NCBI GenBank assembly: GCA_964504985.1
Contig: CAZDFU010000002.1
Span: 11,782-75,781 of the forward strand
Reading direction: 5' to 3'
Length of the DNA stretch: 64,000 nt
Source of the DNA: an uncultured Gammaproteobacteria bacterium
Lineage (GTDB): Bacteria; Patescibacteriota; Microgenomatia; Daviesbacterales; UBA10151
The position numbers and the translations under genes are program-made. This document shows positions 57,623-64,000 of this stretch, in pieces. The first letter of the stretch is position 1. Every line of letters starts with the position of its first letter. The notes under the pieces are model-generated. The model did no database searches, was not told the DNA's origin, and saw nothing but the letters and a program-made list of their open reading frames with translations.

Positions 57623-59263
57623 TTATACAGTGCCTGTCTCTGGGAGCATCTCTTTTGATTTAATTTTAGTTTGAAATTTGGCAACCCCCATAATTAAATC
57701 TGCATAAGTTTTAAGCTCTCCCACCTTTAAAAACCATACCAGCAAAACATAAACAGACAAGGCAAAGATTGCTGATAATCCTGTCATGACTAAAAGGTTT
57801 ATAGTTCTTGTGGTATCAAAAATTACCTGGTCTAAAAGTTTAATAGGAATGTATAATGCCATACCCATAATAATTGTTGCCATAAGCATCTTTAAGAAAG
57901 GAATTAGCACTATGGTTAAATTAAACTTTCCTACTTTGATATGAAGTGTCCAAAAAAGCATTATTCCTGACATCAGAGCAGAAACCGAGTTGGCCAAACC
58001 AATACTCCAAATAGGAAGTTTCAAAACCCATATAAAATAAATACTGAGCACAATGTTTGTCAGAACCACCCCCAAAGATACCAGAACAGGTGTTTTTGTG
58101 TCTTTCAAAGCATAAAACCCCCTGACAAAAAGCAAAGACACTGCCTGAGAAGCAAGGCCAATAGAGAGAAATGCTAAAGTTGCCCCTGTTAAAACAGTTG
58201 CCTGCCAGTCAAATTGGCTCGCCCCAAAAACAAGTCTAACCACAGGAATCCTTATTACAATTAAAATGGCTGTTGCGGGCAGAGCTAAAAATAGGATCTG
58301 ATGCATGGTTGTCAAAAGTGTCACTTTAAATTCCTCAATTTTTCCTCTGGCTCTTTCTGATGAAAGTACTGGCAAGGCTGCCTGGGCAAGCGTTGCCCCA
58401 AACAGGCCTATTGGCACAACCTGTAAGTGCGAAGCAAAAGTCAGATAAGTTAAAGATCCGATAGCAGATATTGATGCTAAAGCTACTCCGACTGTTTCAT
58501 TAATCTGTTCAGCAGCTAAACCTATGGTTCTCATGCTCATTAGTTTTATTATTTCTTTTACACCCGGATGAAATAGTTTTAGAGGAAACTTAAACCTAAA
58601 CCCCATCGACCAAACTAGAGGCAGTTGGATTAAAGTGTGCAAAATTGCCCCTATTAACACCCCCATTGCTGCACCTTTAATACCTAAAGACCCGGATAGA
58701 AATAGTATCCCCAAAATCATCCCTGAGTTGTAAAAGACAGATGCAAAGGCAGGAATTATAAATCTTTGGAAAGATTGTAATATTCCAATAAAAAATGAAC
58801 CCACAGCCAAAACTATTTGGCCAAACAGTATTATTCTTGTCAATTCTACAACCTGTGCTTGTCTGCTTTCGGTAAAACCCGGAACTATTACCGAAGCTGT
58901 GAGAACAGGAGCAAAGATATAAATAAAAACAGTTACAAAAATAAAGATTACAAGAGCCATGTTTAACACTGACCTTGCCATCTCAAAAGCTGCATCTTTA
59001 CCTTTTTCTTCTAAGTGCTCTGTGAAAACAGGGATAAAAGCTACTGATAACGCCCCTAGAATAAGCAGTTGAAAAATTAGATCAGGCAGTCTTAGGGCTG
59101 CAAAAAATATTTCTGTTTTATCAGGGGTAAAAAGATGGGCAAGGAGCCGGTCGCGGACTAGTCCCAGGATTTTTGACAAAATAACTGTCATCATAATAAT
59201 TAATGCCCCGGAAAGAATAGAGGTTTGTCTTGAATACAGGAGGGAAAAAAGATTTTTTACCAT
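57623..59263 (-). CDS. murJ: Lipid II flippase MurJ (MviN)
   Basis: LSKILGLVRDRLLAHLFT N-terminal motif; ~14 TM helices; start taken at MVKNLF. Confidence 0.85.
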   Translation of the reverse strand: MVKNLFSLLYSRQTSILSGALIIMMTVILSKILGLVRDRLLAHLFTPDKTEIFFAALRLPDLIFQLLILGALSVAFIPVFTEHLEEKGKDAAFEMARSVLNMALVIFIFVTVFIYIFAPVLTASVIVPGFTESRQAQVVELTRIILFGQIVLAVGSFFIGILQSFQRFIIPAFASVFYNSGMILGILFLSGSLGIKGAAMGVLIGAILHTLIQLPLVWSMGFRFKFPLKLFHPGVKEIIKLMSMRTIGLAAEQINETVGVALASISAIGSLTYLTFASHLQVVPIGLFGATLAQAALPVLSSERARGKIEEFKVTLLTTMHQILFLALPATAILIVIRIPVVRLVFGASQFDWQATVLTGATLAFLSIGLASQAVSLLFVRGFYALKDTKTPVLVSLGVVLTNIVLSIYFIWVLKLPIWSIGLANSVSALMSGIMLFWTLHIKVGKFNLTIVLIPFLKMLMATIIMGMALYIPIKLLDQVIFDTTRTINLLVMTGLSAIFALSVYVLLVWFLKVGELKTYADLIMGVAKFQTKIKSKEMLPETGTV

Positions 59264-59347
59264 AAAATCAGTGTAGCATTCTTGCTTGCGCAAAGGTAGA
59301 GGCTATGATACCATATCGGAATCCTGATCCGTCGGGATAAAAAAAGT

Positions 59348-59578
59348 ATGCCAATTATCAAATCAGCAATAAAAAAGGTCAGAAAAGATAAGGTAAGAAC
59401 AGCCCGTAATAAAAAAAGGGGGGGTGTTTTAAAATCTTTAGTAAAGAAAGCCCGGGAATCAAAAACAACCAAGAATTTACAATTGGCATTTTCCGCTTTG
59501 GATAAAGCTGCCAAAGTAAAATTAATCCACCCAAACAAGGCTGCGCGCTTAAAATCAAGACTGTCAAAGAAATCTTAA
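59348..59578 (+). CDS. rpsT: 30S ribosomal protein S20 (bS20)
   Basis: MPIIKSAIKKVRKDKVRTARNKKR...LIHPNKAARLKSRL. Confidence 0.9.
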   Translation: MPIIKSAIKKVRKDKVRTARNKKRGGVLKSLVKKARESKTTKNLQLAFSALDKAAKVKLIHPNKAARLKSRLSKKS

Positions 59579-59622
59579 CTACCCACTACAACCTACCACC
59601 AGCAACCTAGTATAATGTACTC

Positions 59623-60207
59623 ATGCCCAAACAAAAGAGCCTTAAACTTGGTATACACCTGGATTTACTAAGGCCTCAAAGTAATCCTGAACAACTTTTA
59701 ACAAAACTTTTGCGTTGGTTGCTCTCTACCGGTCGCTACATATTTGTCTTTGTGGAAGCTCTGGTTTTAATAGTTTTTATTGCCAGGTTCAAATTAGATG
59801 AGGAGTTAGCTTTAAAAAAAGAAACAATTGAGAGCCAGATTCCCTATATTGAGAGTCTAAAACCTTTTGAACTCTTGGCAAGGCAGACCCAGCTTAAGCT
59901 AACAACTATTTCCTCCCTCCGTAGATCTGGTGCTGACTATCCTCTGGTTTTAAAAAACATTGCCGATCAAACTCCCATGGGGATAACAATCGGCAGTATC
60001 AGGATGGAAAAAACCGCCCAGCAGGTAATTATCCAATTAAATGGCATTGCTCCAAATAATGGCGATTTGGCTAACTTCTTAAGCGGATTAAAACAAGAAC
60101 CGCTCCTTTCAGATGTTAGTATTACCAGTGTTGGTTTTGATAAAGGCAGTTTAAATTTCAGCATAACAGCCAAGTCAAAGGCCTCTGCTGCGGGGAGCAA
60201 TCTATGA
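59623..60207 (+). CDS. pilN: Type IV pilus assembly protein PilN-like
   Basis: Short cytoplasmic N-terminus with an INLLP-like motif (IHLDLLRP), one TM, coiled coil, ~110-aa C-domain; ATGA-coupled to the next gene. Confidence 0.55.
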   Translation: MPKQKSLKLGIHLDLLRPQSNPEQLLTKLLRWLLSTGRYIFVFVEALVLIVFIARFKLDEELALKKETIESQIPYIESLKPFELLARQTQLKLTTISSLRRSGADYPLVLKNIADQTPMGITIGSIRMEKTAQQVIIQLNGIAPNNGDLANFLSGLKQEPLLSDVSITSVGFDKGSLNFSITAKSKASAAGSNL

Positions 60208-60809
60208 GAAGTCAATCTCAAATCTACTCCAGGTATTTTACTTATATAAAACCCTTTATTAGACACCCTTTTGTTAGAACTTACGGCTCAACGGTTTTTA
60301 CGCTTTTGGTTATGAGCATCCTCATAGTGTATGCCATCAAACCAACTGTGGAAACTATTTTAGTTTTGCAAAAGAAACTGGCTGACTCGAATGAAGTTGC
60401 GGAAAAGATTACCCAGAAGACAAACAACTTATCAAAAGCTCAAGAAAATTATGCCAATTTGGATCCAGATATTAAATCTAAAATTGAGACAGCCATACCT
60501 GATAGCGTTTCACTTAAATCGCTTATGCAGACACTTGAACAAACTGCCAAAAAATATGAGGCTTCAGTTTCTGCGTTGCAAATCCAGCCATTAGTTTTGG
60601 AGGCTAAAACAGATGAAAAAGTGGGCAGTCTTTCGGATGTTTCTTTTACCCTCAGCGCTGAGGGAGAGTATCAAAAAATAATTTCTATATTGCAGGATTT
60701 GATGGTTAGTGATAGGTTAATTTCGATAGACAATGTATCCTTATCAAAGCTAAGCGAAGGATCAGGGATCGCTATATCCCTTTCCGGAAAAGCCTATTAT
60801 ATTAAATAA
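60204..60809 (+). CDS. pilO: Type IV pilus assembly protein PilO-like
   Basis: TM plus coiled coil plus C-terminal domain (FTLSAEGEYQKIISILQDLMVSDRLISIDNVSL, PilO-like). Confidence 0.55.
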   Translation: MRSQSQIYSRYFTYIKPFIRHPFVRTYGSTVFTLLVMSILIVYAIKPTVETILVLQKKLADSNEVAEKITQKTNNLSKAQENYANLDPDIKSKIETAIPDSVSLKSLMQTLEQTAKKYEASVSALQIQPLVLEAKTDEKVGSLSDVSFTLSAEGEYQKIISILQDLMVSDRLISIDNVSLSKLSEGSGIAISLSGKAYYIK

Positions 60810-60816
60810 TTTCAAT

Positions 60817-60993
60817 ATGATAAAAAAAGAATGGTTGATTTTGGCAATTATAACTTTTATCACAATCTCTGCCTGGGTGATATTTGATATATTCCACGCC
60901 CGCGCCCGCGTTGAAATCTCTCCGAAAGTACAGGAGGCAATTGAACCCTTAAACCCAGAGTTTGATATTTCAGGGCTTAAGACTGCACCATGA
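60817..60993 (+). CDS. Small single-TM protein (58 aa), not in ORF track; stop overlaps the next start (ATGA)
   Basis: Manual translation MIKKEWLILAIITFITISAWVIFDIFHARARVEISPKVQEAIEPLNPEFDISGLKTAP. Confidence 0.4.
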   Translation: MIKKEWLILAIITFITISAWVIFDIFHARARVEISPKVQEAIEPLNPEFDISGLKTAP

Positions 60994-61940
60994 ATGATTT
61001 TCTAAGCAAGTTCAGGATCCCCACTCTTTTAGGACTTGGTATTATAATTTCTGCAATAACAGCAGGTGTATTCTTAGTTTTAAAAGAACAAACTATTACC
61101 TCTCAGGCCTCACCTAACCTGACGGTTCAAAATATCACCCTGACCAACCTTTCGGATGACTCAGCAACCATTTTTTGGCAAACTTCTGCTGCCCTGCCTT
61201 CTTTTATAACCTTAGGTTCTCAAAATCCCAGTGAAACCACCATTTTAGATGACAGAGACACCATTCCCGCCTCAGACAATGCAGGACCAAAGGCCCGTTT
61301 ATTACACTATGCCACCATAAAAAATCTTCTTCCTAAAACAACTTACCGCTATAAAATTACCTCTGGAAACTCATCTTCAGATACTTTTGAGTTTACCACT
61401 GCTGCGCCGCTTAACTTTCAAACAGGACAAAGACCGGTTATAGGGTCTGTGCTTGATGGAGACAAACCGCTTGCAGAGGCTGTAGCTATTCTTTCTATCA
61501 CTAACGCAGCTACGCAATCTGCTTTAATCAAAGAGGATGGTAATTTTTTAATACCTATATCTCAAGTCAGGAAAGCAGATCTTTCCGAAGGCATATCTTT
61601 AACAGAAAACACCACTGCCAAATTAACTATTTTGTCTACAAAAGGACAGGCTGCTGCCATTTTTAGGCTAGCTGACTTTGAAAACGGACTGCCTCCTATT
61701 GTTTTGGGAGAAAATCTGGATCTTACTTCTTTGAAGGAGAATTTAACTAAGTATGATTTAAATGCGGATGGCGGAATAAACTCAACAGATTATTCAATTG
61801 TTTTTCAAAATCTAGGCCCTTTGCGTGAAGCCTTTCCACAACGTAAACAAGTAGGTAAAAATCCTAAAGCTGATTTAAACTCGGACGGAGTTGTTGATCA
61901 GAAAGATTTGGATCTGATTTCAAAACAAATTAACAAGTGA
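60990..61940 (+). CDS. Membrane-anchored protein with fibronectin type III-like domain and C-terminal type I dockerin repeats
   Basis: N-terminal TM; Fn3-like segment SDDSATIFWQTS...TYRYKITSGNSSSDTFEFTTA; Ca-binding loops DLNADGGINSTD and DLNSDGVVDQKD. Confidence 0.65.
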   Translation: MNDFLSKFRIPTLLGLGIIISAITAGVFLVLKEQTITSQASPNLTVQNITLTNLSDDSATIFWQTSAALPSFITLGSQNPSETTILDDRDTIPASDNAGPKARLLHYATIKNLLPKTTYRYKITSGNSSSDTFEFTTAAPLNFQTGQRPVIGSVLDGDKPLAEAVAILSITNAATQSALIKEDGNFLIPISQVRKADLSEGISLTENTTAKLTILSTKGQAAAIFRLADFENGLPPIVLGENLDLTSLKENLTKYDLNADGGINSTDYSIVFQNLGPLREAFPQRKQVGKNPKADLNSDGVVDQKDLDLISKQINK

Positions 61941-62570
61941 AAATTCAGCATGATCTTTTTCCATGAGCCCGCTTTTAAGTTTAAAATCTATTTCTAAAAC
62001 ATTCCTGTAAAGATTTATTACTTTATTCTGGGTAAAACTTTTTCTTTGTTTTTCAAGTTTATCTTTGACAAATTGAGGGGCATTTTTGGGGGTGGCTATT
62101 AAATTTCTTAAAAGATAAAAGGTCATAGTAATTAAATAGTGAATATCAAATCCTGCCTTTTTAAGTTTTTCTATTTCTAAAAATGCCTTTTTATCGCCCA
62201 TTACCAGATAATCTAAAAACGGAAAAACTGATACTTCTTTTCCCTCCGGAAAAAATAACATCTGACCCTTTGATTTTTTCAACCACTCAAAGACAGGTTT
62301 TTTCTCTGACACCTCATGATCAAACCAAAGAACCAGGCTATAGGTTGCATAAGCTAAGGGGTAATTAGTGAAGTCTTCCGGAGGGTTTTCCAATATCACC
62401 AATCTCTCTCCATCAAAAATAGACTGAGAAGACAAACATGTTAAAATTACTCCCAAGTCCTGGCCTTTTTCAAATACTGTTACATTATCAGCCAAAAATT
62501 TGCTGCGCAGCTGCCAAAGTTTATTCCTGGAAGAGTTAATTGCTGGCCCGTGCAGAAGATGTAGCATCAT
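61920..62570 (-). CDS. holA: DNA polymerase III delta subunit-like protein (short, 216 aa)
   Basis: Weak resemblance to the HolA C-terminal helical region (...AGFDIHYLITMTFYLLRNLI...); assignment tentative. Confidence 0.4.
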   Translation of the reverse strand: MMLHLLHGPAINSSRNKLWQLRSKFLADNVTVFEKGQDLGVILTCLSSQSIFDGERLVILENPPEDFTNYPLAYATYSLVLWFDHEVSEKKPVFEWLKKSKGQMLFFPEGKEVSVFPFLDYLVMGDKKAFLEIEKLKKAGFDIHYLITMTFYLLRNLIATPKNAPQFVKDKLEKQRKSFTQNKVINLYRNVLEIDFKLKSGLMEKDHAEFSLVNLF

Positions 62571-63789
62571 ATTCGGTTATCTCCCCTGAAAGTATCTTTT
62601 TAACATAATTATGAATTATAGAAAAGTCATCATCCTGAGAAATTAGAACATAAGCTCCCCCATAATCTTGAACCGGCGGATGTATTAATAAGCGGTTTCT
62701 CCCGTCTGACAAAAGCCCTGTTTTTAAAGAGTCATCCAGAGTAAAGTTGTGTGTTTCTTCTAATTTTTTAGATAATTTATAGAATTCCAATCCGTCTTTT
62801 ATAGAAATATCAGTATCTACACTTTTACCTAAAGCATTTACCAACTCACTTAGTCTGCCGGGATTAAAAAGAGTATCAGTTGATAATATTTTACTTCTTA
62901 CTGCCTGTAAAACCTTTTCCTGCCTGATTGAGCGGGCAAAATCAGATCCCTCACCATTTGTGCCATGCCTTGATCTAACATATTTTAAGGCCGTTGCCCC
63001 ATCCATTTCCGTTTTTCCTTTTTTAAAACTTAGATGTTCATATCTGCAGGAAAAGTATTTAACCCCTTTATCTTCTTCTGCCGAGTCAGTGGCAATAGCC
63101 CCATCAGGCGCAATAAAAACCTTTCTCTTGCCTGGATCAATATTTAACTTTTTTGCCTCTTCATCTGAAAAATCTATCTCTTTTTCCTCAAAGGAGCAAA
63201 GATCATTTTCTTTGCCGGTAATTGGATAAAGGTAATCATCAAAAGATCTTGCCACTTCTACCTCGATCCCTTCAAGCGCATCAACCGCTTGTATGAAACC
63301 GCGGAAATCAATTCTCAAACCATAATGAATGGGTATACCCAATATATTTCCCATCACAGTTTTAGCAAAATCTAGGCCATTATTTTGCAAAAGACCAAGC
63401 TGATAAGCAGCATTCACTTTGCTGCGCAGCTCTGGTAACCATAGATCTCTGGGTATTGAGAAAAGATAAACCTGATTAGTCTTTAAATTATAGGAGGCCA
63501 CCATAATTGTGTCTGTCAGGGAAGCTCCATCATGCGCTCCTCCTGCAATCCCTAAAAATAAAATATTCACTTTATTGTCAGCATTTTTAAATGGGCTTCC
63601 TCCTAAAAGAGGAATATTAACAACAGTTGTGGAGCCTGAAAACGTGGCTAAAAATAAAGCTAAAATAGATAGGACGCCTATAATTAATATAACGGGTATT
63701 AATTTTTTTAGTACGTTTTTAACTCTTCTTGCTTTGCTCCTGTTGTCCTTACTGCCTGTAGACAAATTAATTCTCTTCACAGTCAACAC
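62536..63789 (-). CDS. LytR-CpsA-Psr (LCP) family cell-envelope polymer transferase
   Basis: N-terminal TM; ILFLGIAGG...DTIMVASY...FSIPRDLW...DFRGFIQAVDALEGIEV. Confidence 0.8.
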   Translation of the reverse strand: MLTVKRINLSTGSKDNRSKARRVKNVLKKLIPVILIIGVLSILALFLATFSGSTTVVNIPLLGGSPFKNADNKVNILFLGIAGGAHDGASLTDTIMVASYNLKTNQVYLFSIPRDLWLPELRSKVNAAYQLGLLQNNGLDFAKTVMGNILGIPIHYGLRIDFRGFIQAVDALEGIEVEVARSFDDYLYPITGKENDLCSFEEKEIDFSDEEAKKLNIDPGKRKVFIAPDGAIATDSAEEDKGVKYFSCRYEHLSFKKGKTEMDGATALKYVRSRHGTNGEGSDFARSIRQEKVLQAVRSKILSTDTLFNPGRLSELVNALGKSVDTDISIKDGLEFYKLSKKLEETHNFTLDDSLKTGLLSDGRNRLLIHPPVQDYGGAYVLISQDDDFSIIHNYVKKILSGEITEYDATSSARASN

Positions 63790-64000
63790 TCCTTAACAGT
63801 CTTTATAAACTCTCCTGCATCTAAAGAAGATTTACCAATTAATACTCCGCTGATATTTTCTTGTAAAATAAACTCCCTGATATTTTGGGAAGTCACACTG
63901 CCACCATATAGCACTCCCAAATCCTGGCCATATTTCTCCTTTAAACTTCCTGCTATTTGGTTTGCATTTTCAGGAGTGTCAGGATTACCAGTGCCTATAG
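63783..64000 (-). CDS. tpiA: Triosephosphate isomerase, C-terminal part (runs off window end)
   Basis: RC translation ...IGTGNPDTPENANQIAGSLKEKYGQDLGVLYGGSVTSQNIREFILQENISGVLIGKSSLDAGEFIKTVKEC*; YGGSV signature. Confidence 0.8.
   Translation of the reverse strand, partial: IGTGNPDTPENANQIAGSLKEKYGQDLGVLYGGSVTSQNIREFILQENISGVLIGKSSLDAGEFIKTVKEC

Noticed and set aside
59257-59567. Two minus-strand ORFs antisense to rpsT
   Set aside because: rpsT on the plus strand has a clear S20 signature; the antisense frames are spurious.
1-64000. CRISPR arrays, tRNA/rRNA/tmRNA genes, integrase/transposase genes, inteins in rpoB/rpoC/fusA/dnaK
   Set aside because: No regularly spaced direct repeats. No tRNA-like T-arm/acceptor patterns in any intergenic gap over 60 nt. 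No recombinase-like ORFs. The large housekeeping proteins have normal lengths without inserted Cys..HN-type intein blocks.

Overview
Almost every gene in this AT-rich (~38% GC) bacterial window is on the minus strand, and most are core translation, transcription and chaperone genes. In transcription order: tpiA (partial), an LCP-family protein, a short holA-like gene, murJ, lepA, an S66 LD-carboxypeptidase, an MFS transporter, hrcA-grpE-dnaK-(small ORF)-dnaJ, nusA-infB, a degenerate DHH protein, a 1435-aa surface repeat protein, rpsO-pnp, a Lon AAA+-only gene, rnj, ftsK, tsaC, a HAD hydrolase, rodZ, alaS, a 733-aa membrane protein plus sortase, ruvX, mltG, a 67-aa ORF, riboflavin kinase, rpoB-rpoC, rpsL-rpsG, a Gre-NTD gene, fusA, gpsA, tuf, rpsJ, an inserted secreted metalloprotease, then rplC through rplR. 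The plus-strand island holds nadK and rpsT-pilN-pilO-(small ORF)-an Fn3/dockerin protein.

The genome looks reduced: several ribosomal proteins carry unusual extensions (uL24 C4 zinc ribbon, uS17/uL23/uL29/uS12 tails, uL3 insertion), and AlaRS, IF2, Lon, GreA, DnaJ and HolA are truncated. This is consistent with a CPR/Patescibacteria-like lineage, which is an inference.

Non-housekeeping content sits in discrete insertions:
- A secreted HExxHxxGxxD metzincin splits the S10 operon between rpsJ and rplC, with its own terminator and a predicted rplC promoter whose leader contains that terminator (candidate attenuator).
- A giant SdrD-B-repeat surface protein and a catalytically dead DHH paralogue sit between infB and rpsO.
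- pilN-pilO, a mini-ORF and a fibronectin-III/dockerin membrane protein lie next to rpsT.
- A 733-aa bitopic protein is translationally coupled to a sortase.
- A standalone Gre-factor N-terminal-domain gene and a decayed spacer with a partial duplicate of the nadK 3' end lie between rpsG and fusA.
- A small basic ORF is translationally coupled between dnaK and dnaJ.

Three short repeat/hairpin families and a CIRCE operator overlapping the hrcA start were also found. No CRISPR array, tRNA or rRNA genes, inteins, or transposase or integrase genes were detected.
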